Source: a virus. Taken from it: a stretch of DNA of 64,000 nt. The position numbers and the translations under genes are program-made. Below the pieces are notes generated by a model that was given only the letters and a program-made list of their open reading frames with translations, did not search any database and was not told the origin of the DNA. The stretch's first letter is position 1. The number at the start of each line of letters is the position of its first letter. The DNA lies in the IMG/VR virus record IMGVR_UViG_3300037325_000137, positions 1 through 64,000 of that record. The stretch is one strand, 5' to 3'. Positions 1-9,640 of this stretch are shown here, in pieces.

Positions 1-44
1 TTACAACCGAAGACGGAATGATTTAAACTAAATACGGTATTAAT

Positions 45-1328
45 TAAAATATATTTACAAAAACCTTACTATTTGTAAAATAATTGTAACTTTACAGAAT
101 ATTAGACTATTTAATAATAGATGAAAGAAATACATAGGTCATATAAATTTAGGATTTACCCGACAAAGGAGCAAGAAACTCTTATGTCTAAACATTTTGG
201 GTGTTCAAGATTTGTATTTAACCATTTCTTAAATGTTCGCAAAGAACAGTACTTGAATGATAAGACTTCTTTGAATTATTATGATAATGCCAATAGCTTA
301 ACTCAATTAAAAAAAGAAGAAGACACAGAATGGTTAAAGGAAGTTAATTCACAATCTTTACAATCTGCTATTAGAAATTTAGATACTGCATATAAAAACT
401 TTTTTAATAAACAAAATCAATTTCCAAAGTTTAAATCAAAATATAATAAACAGAGTTTTAAAATACCTCAAAATGTATTCATTGAAGAAAATACTTTGGT
501 AATACCTAAATTTAAAAGTGGAATTAAAGTAAAGGTTCATAGAGGAATTAAAGGCAAGATACTATTTGCTACGATAAGTAAAAATACAACTGGTAAATAT
601 TATGTATCTGTTACTTGTGATGAAAACTATAAACCTTACTCTAAAACCAAAACATCTATTGGTATTGATGTTGGGATTAAAGATTTTGCAATACTGTCTG
701 ATGGAAAGGTATATGAAAATATTAAACCACTTAAAACTAAATTAAAGAAGTTAAAATATAACCAAAGACAACTATCTAAAAAAGTAAAAGGCAGTGAATC
801 AAGAAATAAACAAAAGCAAAAACTTGGAGTTATATATGAAAATATAACAAATATAAGAACAGATTATTTACATAAAATATCTACTGAAATTGTCAAAAAC
901 CACGACATAATAGTAGTAGAAGATTTGAATGTAAAGGGTATGATGAAGAATCACAAATTAGCACAAGCAATATCAGATGTTAGTTGGGGTACATTTTACA
1001 CTATGTTAGAATATAAATCTAAATGGAACGACAAAGAATATGTTAAAATAGATAGATGGTTTCCATCATCTAAGACGTGTTCTTCTTGTGGTTGGATTAA
1101 ACAAGATTTAGAATTGAAACATAGAGAATGGACTTGTGATAGTTGCAATGAAACTCACGATAGAGATTTGAATGCAGGTAAAAACATACTTAAACAAGGA
1201 TTAAATATAATATCTGGTTGTGGAATACAGTCGGATAAAAAACAAAAACGGAGTAAGGCGTTGCCATTAGGTGAGTCTGTGACCTCCGAAGCCCATCACA
1301 TCGGCTCTGCCGTGGGTGGGTAGTTCAC
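45..1328 (+). mobile_element. Non-autonomous IS200/IS605-family (IS1341-type, tnpB-only) element
   Basis: Left-end hairpin TTTACAAA/TTTGTAAA (54-79) follows TTAAT (40-44, candidate TAM). Right end has a GC hairpin ending GGGTAGTTCAC (1328). No tnpA. Excision restores a plausible gene end. Confidence 0.75.
121..1323 (+). CDS. tnpB: RNA-guided endonuclease TnpB
   Basis: N-terminal YKFRIYPT HTH, RuvC-I GIDVGI, RuvC-II VEDL, Zn finger CSSC/CDSC, RuvC-III DRDLNAG; 400 aa. Confidence 0.95.
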   Translation: MKEIHRSYKFRIYPTKEQETLMSKHFGCSRFVFNHFLNVRKEQYLNDKTSLNYYDNANSLTQLKKEEDTEWLKEVNSQSLQSAIRNLDTAYKNFFNKQNQFPKFKSKYNKQSFKIPQNVFIEENTLVIPKFKSGIKVKVHRGIKGKILFATISKNTTGKYYVSVTCDENYKPYSKTKTSIGIDVGIKDFAILSDGKVYENIKPLKTKLKKLKYNQRQLSKKVKGSESRNKQKQKLGVIYENITNIRTDYLHKISTEIVKNHDIIVVEDLNVKGMMKNHKLAQAISDVSWGTFYTMLEYKSKWNDKEYVKIDRWFPSSKTCSSCGWIKQDLELKHREWTCDSCNETHDRDLNAGKNILKQGLNIISGCGIQSDKKQKRSKALPLGESVTSEAHHIGSAVGG

Positions 1329-1507
1329 ATTGTAAAGCCGTTTTGATTTACGGTACTAACTATTATTCTATTAGGTGTATGAACTTTTCTCATGAATACA
1401 GGCATACCAATTATGTTTACGTGTATCTGCATCCAACTCAATAAATAGATTCTGTTTCTAAACGATTCAAACTTTGTTGACCTTCGTTCACCTCTTGTTT
1501 TTTTCAT
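1325..1507 (-). CDS. Hypothetical phage protein, C-terminus altered by the IS insertion
   Basis: Its stop codon comes from the IS right end; the frame continues ILIPYLV* at 44..23 if the IS is removed. Confidence 0.55.
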   Translation of the reverse strand: MKKTRGERRSTKFESFRNRIYLLSWMQIHVNIIGMPVFMRKVHTPNRIIVSTVNQNGFTM

Positions 1508-1698
1508 TTTAATAGTTGATTAGGTTCATGACTTATTTCCCATCCAGAAACTATACACATACTGTCTATAAAAGAAACTTCGTATTCTAAATGATTTTTT
1601 CTTTTTATTTCAGCGGATATTAATCTCTTGTGTTGTGATGGGTCTGTGAGTAGGTAAACTGTGTCACCTATTTCAAAAATAGGTTTATTATTTAACAT
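1504..1698 (-). CDS. Hypothetical phage protein
   Basis: ORF coupled to neighbours; FEIGDTVY motif common in small phage proteins. Confidence 0.6.
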   Translation of the reverse strand: MLNNKPIFEIGDTVYLLTDPSQHKRLISAEIKRKNHLEYEVSFIDSMCIVSGWEISHEPNQLLK

Positions 1699-2005
1699 GA
1701 GACAAGAGCATTGTTTTTTTGATTAGCAAATAAATAATATTGTCGTCTATTTTTTCGTGAACTTGTTTAGCGTTAACTTCTAAGCCCTGCACCTTATCAA
1801 AAGTAATATCACGTATAGAAACCTCGTGTTTTAGTAAAAAGCCGTCTAAGACTTCTAATGGGTGTCTGCCACTTATATCTGAACCAGATTCAAAGTTGTG
1901 CAAAGGATTGTTGTTGCGCCTATACTCTTTTCCTTTTACTAAAATTAATTCTTCTAGGTTAATTAAAGTCTCTTCTACTATTTGATCAAAATCTTTTTCA
2001 GTCAT
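1688..2005 (-). CDS. All-alpha nucleotide-modification-associated protein (DUF1599-like)
   Basis: L..KGKEY...NPLHNF and EKIDDNIIYL motifs. Confidence 0.55.
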   Translation of the reverse strand: MTEKDFDQIVEETLINLEELILVKGKEYRRNNNPLHNFESGSDISGRHPLEVLDGFLLKHEVSIRDITFDKVQGLEVNAKQVHEKIDDNIIYLLIKKTMLLSHVK

Positions 2006-2022
2006 TTTAATGTTTTTTTTAG

Positions 2023-2090
2023 CTCCCTATAAGTGAGTTGAACACCTATCTATTCATAAAGAAACGCATTACCAACAATGCTAATAGGGA
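2023..2090 (-). ncRNA. tRNA-like element with shortened anticodon arm (pseudo-tRNA or tRNA mimic)
   Basis: Acceptor TCCCTAT/ATAGGGA, D arm GCAT-TGTTGGTA-ATGC, T arm AGGTG-TTCAACT-CACTT; anticodon arm only 13 nt. Confidence 0.65.
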
Positions 2091-2099
2091 AAGGTTTTT

Positions 2100-2840
2100 T
2101 TAGTGATAGAGAACGGTTACTTTGTCCTCTATTTTTTTTACCTCTTCATTAATAAGCTTTTCTCTTTGATTCTCCATTAAATCAGCAGCGTCTACACTCT
2201 CTAAAGAACATAATATGCCAGAACCATTTGCATTAAAAAAGATAAAAACCTCTATTTTTTGAGTTTCTTGACCTTCAAATAAAGGTATGTTTAAAACAAA
2301 CTTTTCTGGAATGGAGCTTTTAACTACTATGTCTACAGCCGTACTTGTATTACCCCTCATATCGTCGTTGTCTTTGATAACAGCGTCTACACTAGCGGTA
2401 AAGTTTCTAAGTGATGAAACTAACTTAGAGTGATCACTAGGGCTTTCAAATAAAGTTCTAAGTAATCTAAACTTTTGAGAAAGCATCTTAGGTTCTAAAG
2501 AAACGTCAGGATTGTTAATACCTAACTGCTTAAATCTTTTAGACTCGTGAATAGCTCCGCTTATAGTATATTTAGCGACTGTATTTTTTTCATTAATAAC
2601 TAATTTAATAGTGCCATCAAATACAGAAACTAAAGCGTGGGAACTCAAAGGATCTATAATGGCTTTTCTCTTTTCAACAAATATTGAAGGAGCTGTAATA
2701 GTTCCGTTAATTGTTAAAGGTTCTGGATTGTGCTGTTGTACCGCTTGACCTTCAAGCCATACAACCTCTACGCTACTATTTTGATCAAGGATATTTTGAC
2801 CAAATCTATTTTTTACTTCTTGTTTATTATTGTTTTCCAT
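2100..2840 (-). CDS. Hypothetical phage protein (DUF2303/YfdQ-like C-terminus)
   Basis: 246-aa ORF; IPEKFVLNIPLFEG motif. Confidence 0.55.
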   Translation of the reverse strand: MENNNKQEVKNRFGQNILDQNSSVEVVWLEGQAVQQHNPEPLTINGTITAPSIFVEKRKAIIDPLSSHALVSVFDGTIKLVINEKNTVAKYTISGAIHESKRFKQLGINNPDVSLEPKMLSQKFRLLRTLFESPSDHSKLVSSLRNFTASVDAVIKDNDDMRGNTSTAVDIVVKSSIPEKFVLNIPLFEGQETQKIEVFIFFNANGSGILCSLESVDAADLMENQREKLINEEVKKIEDKVTVLYH

Positions 2841-2861
2841 CTTGTGTTTTTAATAGATTAA

Positions 2862-3359
2862 TTATTCTGCTCTTCTTAACTTCATGTCTTCACGAAGTTT
2901 TTGTTGACGCTCTTCTGGTGTAATAGGTCTTTGATCTACGCATACGCCAGAATCGTCAAACTTATACATCATACCTTTTGATGTATCGTCAAATAAGAAT
3001 AAACGACCACTTTTACTTACTGACTTAGATTTGATGACTTCAATAAGACATTGCAAATCTTTTTTAACAGGATCTAGACGACCTTTCATTTCGTCCATTA
3101 GGTCTTTTTTCTCTTGCTCTAGCTTTGAGATATGAATACTCACATCTGCAAGTCTTGATTTTCTCTCTGCTATTTCATCTGAATTTAGACGCTTTGTGTA
3201 GTCACCTTCTTCTATCCCATAACAGATAGCTTCTAGGTGTCTAGCCATTTCAATTTTAGACATTCCATCTATAGAATCGTCTAACTTTCTTCCCAACTCA
3301 TATGGGTCTTGATTTTTTGTACTCATAATTACAGTTTTAAAATTAATCTTTATTACCAA
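2862..3359 (-). CDS. Coiled-coil hypothetical phage protein
   Basis: ORF in operon with 2100..2840; true start may be the internal ATG (MSTKNQD). Confidence 0.6.
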   Translation of the reverse strand: MVIKINFKTVIMSTKNQDPYELGRKLDDSIDGMSKIEMARHLEAICYGIEEGDYTKRLNSDEIAERKSRLADVSIHISKLEQEKKDLMDEMKGRLDPVKKDLQCLIEVIKSKSVSKSGRLFLFDDTSKGMMYKFDDSGVCVDQRPITPEERQQKLREDMKLRRAE

Positions 3360-3499
3360 AAGCGTCTACACGCTTGTAAATATTATTGTTTTCTATAATG
3401 TATTTATCTTCTTTGAACTGACATCTTGGACAAGTATCTGTTACTCTTAGTTCACGTAGAAACTTTCCGTAAACTAATCCATTCGGGTATTTTAAATCA

Positions 3500-3886
3500 C
3501 TAGCCATGATATGTGTTTATGTGAGACAAATGTTTTTTAATTACTTCTTGTGCCATTTCTAAAGTCCAAACGAATTGAGCATGATAGCCTTTACCTTTTA
3601 GTGCAATGTGCATTTGATCCTGTTCTTCGTAATGCTCGTTCTTTTTTAAATCTCCATTAACTTTATAAGGAGATTCTTTTTTAACTTCTAAAAAAAGTAT
3701 AGATCCTAAATCTCCGTCTTCATAAATAGTAATGTCTGGGAATCCATTAGAGCTACGAAGTTTTTTCATTTGACCAGCTTGACCAGCGTTTAGCTTTATA
3801 CCGCTAGAGTCCGTGTTAAATATAACTGTAGGGTATGTTTCTTTTATCCAATCAGTTATTAAATTATGTATCTCTGATTCTTTCAT
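3500..3886 (-). CDS. VRR-NUC-like PD-(D/E)XK nuclease
   Basis: MKESEIH...GFPDITI...FLEVKK...Q...GY motif pattern. Confidence 0.75.
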   Translation of the reverse strand: MKESEIHNLITDWIKETYPTVIFNTDSSGIKLNAGQAGQMKKLRSSNGFPDITIYEDGDLGSILFLEVKKESPYKVNGDLKKNEHYEEQDQMHIALKGKGYHAQFVWTLEMAQEVIKKHLSHINTYHG

Positions 3887-4179
3887 GAGTAAATTTTTAT
3901 TTTTTCTTCAAACCTACTATTCTTAAATTTAACTCCGTTATCGACAAGGAACTGTCTATGGGTTTCAAGTTGATAAACCATGGTGCTATTGTTTTCTCCA
4001 TGAAAATCATGCTCTTCACGTGTTAAAGCCATAAGGTTTTCTATATGGTCTTTACCTCCACGACCCCTTCCTATTATGTGGCAAACGTCAATTGCTTTAG
4101 CACCGCTAATCTCTGACGGAACAAAGTCCGTTATGTCATAGCCTAAAGCAGTAAAATAAACCTTTGTGTGATTTTTCAT
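3883..4179 (-). CDS. HNH-like small nuclease
   Basis: DVCHIIGRGRGG.D.IENLMALTREEH. Confidence 0.6.
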   Translation of the reverse strand: MKNHTKVYFTALGYDITDFVPSEISGAKAIDVCHIIGRGRGGKDHIENLMALTREEHDFHGENNSTMVYQLETHRQFLVDNGVKFKNSRFEEKIKIYS

Positions 4180-4193
4180 AAAATGTCCATTCT

Positions 4194-4535
4194 TTATTCT
4201 TTAATCACATATTTATCTAAACTTACATCTAACCAATTTGATATAGATAAAAAGGTTTCAATATCTATTGCTTTTCCTTTTGACATTCTCCAAAAAGTAG
4301 CTCTTGAAAACCCTAGTTTTTCGGTTATATACCTCTGAGGTTTTTTTATTAAACACAACTTTATTATTATGTCATGGTGCATTTTCTTAGTGTCTAAACT
4401 GATCCTCTTTTCAATTTGAGGTTTAATGCTACGCCAACACATTTTACATTTATTAGCGTAGCCATCTTTATTACTTTTGCTTTTGTAGAATAAAGTCACC
4501 TCTTTAGCTCTGTCACAAAAATTACATACCTTCAA
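4194..4535 (-). CDS. Zn-finger plus HTH DNA-binding protein
   Basis: CNFC...CKMC followed by an XRE-like HTH (LGFSRATFWRM). Confidence 0.6.
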   Translation of the reverse strand: MKVCNFCDRAKEVTLFYKSKSNKDGYANKCKMCWRSIKPQIEKRISLDTKKMHHDIIIKLCLIKKPQRYITEKLGFSRATFWRMSKGKAIDIETFLSISNWLDVSLDKYVIKE

Positions 4536-4904
4536 TTATGGGAAAGGTGGTGCTTGTGGCTGTGCTTGTTGAGTTTGTTGACCAGCTAGCTTTTCAACTT
4601 TCCATGCTGAATTTTTGTAAAACTTTCCTGCCGTTCCGTCTTTTTTTGTGTACTCTGTTTTCTTTAAGTTAAAAGAAACAGTTACTTGCGTTCCTAAAGG
4701 ATTGTTTACTGCAAAGTCTCTAGCATTACCTATATACTCTCCGTTTTTAAAAAAATCAAAGAAACCTATTTGTGGATATTCTGGATTAGCAGCTCCTATT
4801 TCAGTAACTTCAAATTCTGCGTTTGCCCAATCTCCTTTAGCTCCTGCACCTGTTCTAATCTCTCCGATTTCTGTAATTGATCCTGTAAATGTAAGTTCAC
4901 TCAT
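4536..4904 (-). CDS. OB-fold ssDNA-binding protein (DUF3127-like)
   Basis: LTFTGSI...W...VTVSFNL...AWKVE with Q/P-rich tail ending PFP; start taken at MSELTF. Confidence 0.7.
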   Translation of the reverse strand: MSELTFTGSITEIGEIRTGAGAKGDWANAEFEVTEIGAANPEYPQIGFFDFFKNGEYIGNARDFAVNNPLGTQVTVSFNLKKTEYTKKDGTAGKFYKNSAWKVEKLAGQQTQQAQPQAPPFP

Positions 4905-4929
4905 TTTATTTGTTTTTATGTTATTTGTT

Positions 4930-5370
4930 TTATTTATCTCCGCTTGATCCGTAAGATCCGTCACCTCTATTGGTTTCGCTTAATTCCTCTACTTGCACAA
5001 AAGTTACAGAAGGAATAGGAATAATTACTAATTGCGCTACTCTTTCTCCTACTTGGTATCTTAGGTCATTATTTAAACCTATAGTCATTACTGCGGATAA
5101 CTCACCACGATAATTACTATCAATTACACCTACTGAATTTGTAAGTATTTGCTTTTTCTTGTAGATGCTTGATCTAGGAAATATTAGTCCTACATATCCT
5201 TTTGGGATTTCAACTGCAATACCGAAATTGTATTTTACAGTATCGTTGTCATCCTCAAAATCAACTACTTCAATAGCTGTTAAGTCTGCGCCAGCATCAC
5301 CTTCTCTACCAAACTTAGGCATTACAGCTCTGCGAGAAAGCCTTTTAAAATTAATATTTAGTTCACTCAT
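4930..5370 (-). CDS. dut: Trimeric dUTPase
   Basis: Motifs AGADL, PRSS, GVIDSNYRGE, RVAQLV, RGDGSYGSSG. Confidence 0.95.
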   Translation of the reverse strand: MSELNINFKRLSRRAVMPKFGREGDAGADLTAIEVVDFEDDNDTVKYNFGIAVEIPKGYVGLIFPRSSIYKKKQILTNSVGVIDSNYRGELSAVMTIGLNNDLRYQVGERVAQLVIIPIPSVTFVQVEELSETNRGDGSYGSSGDK

Positions 5371-5371
5371 G

Positions 5372-5701
5372 TTATCTATATATTTTTAATGTTGATACAA
5401 TGTTGGGTTCTACAGCTAGTGGTTGTCCACAAATTAATAAAGCTGTCCAATCTTCTTCTCTTTCTACAAAAAGTTTAATTCCGTTTTTTGTAACTAAAAT
5501 ATCTTGGGGTTTTAGCCTTGCTTGACCTTTGTATTTAATCTGGAAAGCAAAAATGTATTTGTCATCATTTTTAGCACCTATAGCTTTTTCAATCACTTTT
5601 TTTAAACCAATACTACTTTTCTTTTTTTGACTTAATACGCATTTGCATTTAGTCACAGTAGCTATACCTATAGGTTTTACAATATCTTTTTCTTCACTCA
5701 T
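5372..5701 (-). CDS. Hypothetical protein
   Basis: ORF in operon. Confidence 0.6.
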   Translation of the reverse strand: MSEEKDIVKPIGIATVTKCKCVLSQKKKSSIGLKKVIEKAIGAKNDDKYIFAFQIKYKGQARLKPQDILVTKNGIKLFVEREEDWTALLICGQPLAVEPNIVSTLKIYR

Positions 5702-5720
5702 TTTACTTTTTTTTTAAAAA

Positions 5721-5936
5721 TTACCACTCTATAATAAGTGCGTTAGTAATTATACCATCCCAATCACCTCTGTAAACCTTATATCCATTCTCAATTAATT
5801 CTGATTTTACTTGTTCACTCACATATACAAAATGAGGTATAAAGTGTTTAAAATTTCCATTTTGATTCTCCCTACTTATAGATTGATATATATTTTCAAT
5901 AACTTCGCTTTGTTTTTTTAAATGAGATGCTTTCAT
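5721..5936 (-). CDS. Hypothetical protein
   Basis: ORF; start taken at MKASHL. Confidence 0.55.
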   Translation of the reverse strand: MKASHLKKQSEVIENIYQSISRENQNGNFKHFIPHFVYVSEQVKSELIENGYKVYRGDWDGIITNALIIEW

Positions 5937-5940
5937 GGTT

Positions 5941-6156
5941 TTATTTGCTTTTAAACTTTGATTTTTTAAACATAATTTCTTCGGTAGAAACATCTAAAGT
6001 TTTTGCAATAAGCTCTACAGTATTCATGCTTATGTTGCCATTTAATCTTTGAGACATGGATGGAGTACTTATGCCTATCATTTCGGCTAATGATTTATCA
6101 GTCTTAATGCCTTTACTTGACATTACATCATCTATATTTGATTCCTCTCTTGTCAT
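5941..6156 (-). CDS. Cro/XRE-family HTH regulator
   Basis: SLAEMIGISTPSMSQRLNG...IAKTLDV; lies behind a divergent promoter pair. Confidence 0.8.
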   Translation of the reverse strand: MTREESNIDDVMSSKGIKTDKSLAEMIGISTPSMSQRLNGNISMNTVELIAKTLDVSTEEIMFKKSKFKSK

Positions 6157-6177
6157 TACTTTAATTATATTACATGG

Positions 6178-6236
6178 CAAATATAGTATTATAATTCGTA
6201 ATATTACTAATAATAATTAAAAAAAGATTAAATTTG
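6178..6236. promoter_or_regulatory. Divergent Bacteroidota sigma70 promoters
   Basis: TAnnTTTG -7 elements: minus TATATTTG 6178-6185, plus TAAATTTG 6229-6236. Confidence 0.65.
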
Positions 6237-6240
6237 TGAT

Positions 6241-6606
6241 ATGATAAAATATGGTTTTCAAATAGTAGGAGGTAAGATATTTGATAGGTATATTGACGTT
6301 TATTCAAAAAAAGTTACTTCTACTGAAAACAATTTAATATACACTATGTCTTGTGTCTCTTATAAGAGACTTTACATGTTTGAAGTATTATTAGAAAAGT
6401 ATAGCGATGCAGAAGTTTTTGAAATACTTAGAATTAACTTGTATCTAAAAAAGCAAAGGAATAATTCTGAAAATGGAGTGAGAGATAAGTATCATTATAT
6501 GTCTAATTCAATGATGGTTTACAATTACCCTATAAAGTACCTAACTCCTAGAATGTTTGAAATGTATAAAACTTGTCAAAAATTAAAACAGAAGATAGAT
6601 GAATAG
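6241..6606 (+). CDS. Hypothetical protein
   Basis: ORF directly after a TAAATTTG promoter. Confidence 0.6.
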   Translation: MIKYGFQIVGGKIFDRYIDVYSKKVTSTENNLIYTMSCVSYKRLYMFEVLLEKYSDAEVFEILRINLYLKKQRNNSENGVRDKYHYMSNSMMVYNYPIKYLTPRMFEMYKTCQKLKQKIDE

Positions 6607-6955
6607 TATAATACCTCTAATAGCAACCGATATAATATTTACAAAACATTCAATATGTTATAAAGTAAAAACAGACTCTAAGATACCTGTAAGGTTTGAA
6701 TATAGTTATTTTGGATTCTATTCTGGAAATGATATAAATGACAAAGATTTAATACCTAAATCCTCTTTATTGTGTTTTAACGCATCTTCATTTAATAAAT
6801 TTAATGATATAGTGGTATTTAAGCCACATAATGTTACACCTCAATTTTACGAAAGTCTTTACAAAAAAATAGAACCTAATACTAGTGAATATTCTAGCGA
6901 ATTAGATTCTATTTATGCAATTGGTGATGTAGTAGGATATATACTAATGGATTAA
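6599..6955 (+). CDS. Hypothetical protein
   Basis: ORF overlapping the previous one. Confidence 0.55.
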   Translation: MNSIIPLIATDIIFTKHSICYKVKTDSKIPVRFEYSYFGFYSGNDINDKDLIPKSSLLCFNASSFNKFNDIVVFKPHNVTPQFYESLYKKIEPNTSEYSSELDSIYAIGDVVGYILMD

Positions 6956-8157
6956 GTTATTTGTATTATAGCAGCGTCTTCTCCTACAAATCCATTGCTA
7001 TTGGTAACTGTTAGTCTAAAGATATAAACCCCTGTAGTTAGATCATTTATGGTAACGTTTTGTATGTTCTCATTTACTATTGTATGAGTTGTTCCTGTAC
7101 TTCCTATTTGTTGAAAAGTCCATTGAAATTGAGGATTAGTTAACGATTGTGGGTCGGTATAACTTCCGTTTATAGTAACGCTAGATAAAGTAGTGTTTTG
7201 ATCTGATAATGTAACTATTGGATTATCTGAAACCGAGTTCTCCCTCCTAAGAACCTTAACAGTATCAGATGTAGTAACTCCACTTATATTATCAGTCATT
7301 GTTATCTTAAACTCAAAATCACTACCGTTATCTAGAGAAACTATAGTTTCTTTTAAGTTAGAATTAGATATTGTTACTGATTGATTACTTATTTGTTCCC
7401 ATAAATATGTTACGTTGGTATTTCTAGAAATAGCACTTAAAGTAGTTTGATTATCTCCCATACCAATATATCTATTATATCCAGCATCTATTCTTAGAGA
7501 TTGATTTTCTATTACGGTTACATCAATACTTAAATTATCACCAACTGTTACAGTGTCAGACTGATCGGATGATATAGATGTAATTGTATTTGTTATAGTT
7601 TGACCTACAGTCACATCATTTGCTAAAGTTACCGATATATTAAGAGTAAGCGTTGTTCCTGCATTCACATTACCTACAGTCCATAATCCATTTGTAGGGT
7701 TGTAAGCGTTAGTATTTGACGAGACGAATACTAAGCCACTAGGTAGTAGATCGTTTAAGAGAACACCTGTAGCGTTTATATTACCTCTGTTTTGAACTGT
7801 TATAGTGTAAATAAAAGTTTCTCCTAGTAATGGACTTGAATTACTAACGGTTTTATTTGTAAGTAAGTCAAAAACAGGTATTTCTTGAATGTTACATATT
7901 GCGTTAATAATAGACTGTAAAACATCTAAAGGCTGAATAGGTAGTGTCGTTACTACTCCTTCACAATCTGTAATAGTTCTTCTTACAACCGATAAGCAAT
8001 GTAAATCAAGATTATCTAAGTTATAGTCTTGATTTATTAATTGACCTAAAGTAAAATTTTTAGTTTTTCCTGTTAATGCGTCAGTACCTATTACGTAATC
8101 ATTTGGATGTAAAGGATTTTTTAATGGATATATTGGTATTTTTTTTATCTTAGCCAT
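6952..8157 (-). CDS. Virion fibre/decoration protein with DUF11 and PKD/Ig-like domains
   Basis: DL..NKTVSN..P..GETFIYTITV.N.G...ATGV...D.LPSGL (DUF11); Y.W.Q and GVYIFRLTVT (PKD-like); N-terminus shared with 11957..12985. Confidence 0.75.
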   Translation of the reverse strand: MAKIKKIPIYPLKNPLHPNDYVIGTDALTGKTKNFTLGQLINQDYNLDNLDLHCLSVVRRTITDCEGVVTTLPIQPLDVLQSIINAICNIQEIPVFDLLTNKTVSNSSPLLGETFIYTITVQNRGNINATGVLLNDLLPSGLVFVSSNTNAYNPTNGLWTVGNVNAGTTLTLNISVTLANDVTVGQTITNTITSISSDQSDTVTVGDNLSIDVTVIENQSLRIDAGYNRYIGMGDNQTTLSAISRNTNVTYLWEQISNQSVTISNSNLKETIVSLDNGSDFEFKITMTDNISGVTTSDTVKVLRRENSVSDNPIVTLSDQNTTLSSVTINGSYTDPQSLTNPQFQWTFQQIGSTGTTHTIVNENIQNVTINDLTTGVYIFRLTVTNSNGFVGEDAAIIQIT

Positions 8158-8167
8158 TGTGAAGTAT

Positions 8168-8308
8168 TTACTTTTTAATTATCTTTTTAATCTTTACATT
8201 TTCTGTTCTAGCAAATGTAGCTTTAGAAGTTTCCTTAGATTTAATTTCTGTTCCTGAGTATTTTTTACCTCCGTACATCCAACTTACTTTTTTACCTTTG
8301 CTTTCCAT
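8168..8308 (-). CDS. Small basic protein (46 aa)
   Basis: MESKGKKVSWMYGGKKYSGT...; fills the gap between genes; below the ORF-track cutoff. Confidence 0.55.
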   Translation of the reverse strand: MESKGKKVSWMYGGKKYSGTEIKSKETSKATFARTENVKIKKIIKK

Positions 8309-8310
8309 GA

Positions 8311-8538
8311 TTACTTTTTATGAGTTGATTTATATTGTTTTACAGTCATACCTGATTGTTCTTTAAAAGTAGTTTTTATATCTTCCTTAGTAATCCATTG
8401 ATATACAGACATTAAAGCACCACCTAGTCCTAACAACGTTCCTATCAATATTTCTAAACTTATTTGATCGTGATAGAATATAACTATAATAGATATAACT
8501 ACTGCGACTACTATTGCGTAAATTAATTTTGTGTTCAT
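8311..8538 (-). CDS. Small 2-TM membrane protein (holin-like)
   Basis: Two hydrophobic helices and a charged tail. Confidence 0.55.
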   Translation of the reverse strand: MNTKLIYAIVVAVVISIIVIFYHDQISLEILIGTLLGLGGALMSVYQWITKEDIKTTFKEQSGMTVKQYKSTHKK

Positions 8539-8579
8539 GATTGTATTTTTATCAAATTTAATCTTTTTAATAGGTTTTA

Positions 8580-8981
8580 TTATTTTTTTAAAAATCCTTT
8601 TATTTGCTCGGGAGTTTGAATTGAGGCGATGCAGTGTCCTGATTTAAACCACTTTGTAAAATCTACTATGTTTATTATTACTAAAATTATCCAACCTAAA
8701 AGTGTTAGGGTTTTTTCTAGTTGTTTTTTACCAAGCGCGCTACTTATTGTTTCTCCAAAAACTCCAAAAGAATAACCGCCATTACCTAACGCATTATTCC
8801 AAAAATGCCGAAATAAATAATTTGCTGCTACGTCAATTTCAAAAGCCATTACAAATGATCTCTTATCTATTAATTGATACCACTTTCGACCTTTAACATC
8901 TGTGAAAAGAAACAGAATTAAGGACGCTAAACCAACGATAATAAAAAGTACCAAAGCGATTAATGAAAGTAATAAACTCAT
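8580..8981 (-). CDS. Membrane protein
   Basis: Hydrophobic N-terminus; FG..GETISSALGK...GHC motif. Confidence 0.6.
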   Translation of the reverse strand: MSLLLSLIALVLFIIVGLASLILFLFTDVKGRKWYQLIDKRSFVMAFEIDVAANYLFRHFWNNALGNGGYSFGVFGETISSALGKKQLEKTLTLLGWIILVIINIVDFTKWFKSGHCIASIQTPEQIKGFLKK

Positions 8982-9096
8982 AATTGCATTTTTTTAACGT
9001 TAAATAAAACCTCTTCTATCCATTTAATGCCTTTACATTGCTTTAACATAAAGCTATAAATTGGATTCTTTATGTCTTTTATTTTGTAGTAGGTCA

Positions 9097-9630
9097 TTAT
9101 TCAAAAATTGTAAATCCTAACTCTTTTGCGGTTTTTTCATCAAAATTAATGCTAGACAAAACAACTTCTTTTGCAATTCTGATTAATGATAAAGGGAGTT
9201 CATCGTTAAAAAGAATCTCTCCGTTTACTTTCTTAAAATACTGTTGGACGTCCATATAATCGGCATAACCATAATCTACAATATCGATAGTTTCTAAATC
9301 CCCACCGCTTAAAAGGTATGTAACTAGATTTTTTACAACTAACTTATCCTCTAACATTTCGGTGTCAGTATATGCACTCATTCTATTAGAGCTTGTTTCT
9401 GTGGTGTTGTGGTGTCCGAAAAAATTAAGAGTAAACTCTTCGATAAGCCTAGCTCTTACATAAAATTTATGAGCTACCTGAACACCTGACAAATCATCTT
9501 TAAATAATTTAAAAGAGATATCCCTAGTTAAATCAAGATCGCTATCGTTATCTCTGCAAGATACTATCGTTGCATTTCTCATTATTTGATTATCGATCCA
9601 AACTTCTGAATTTGTGTTTTTTATTTTCAT
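9097..9630 (-). CDS. Hypothetical protein (possible fibre chaperone)
   Basis: Lies downstream of the tail fibre gene. Confidence 0.5.
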   Translation of the reverse strand: MKIKNTNSEVWIDNQIMRNATIVSCRDNDSDLDLTRDISFKLFKDDLSGVQVAHKFYVRARLIEEFTLNFFGHHNTTETSSNRMSAYTDTEMLEDKLVVKNLVTYLLSGGDLETIDIVDYGYADYMDVQQYFKKVNGEILFNDELPLSLIRIAKEVVLSSINFDEKTAKELGFTIFE

Positions 9631-9640
9631 AGCTGCTTAT

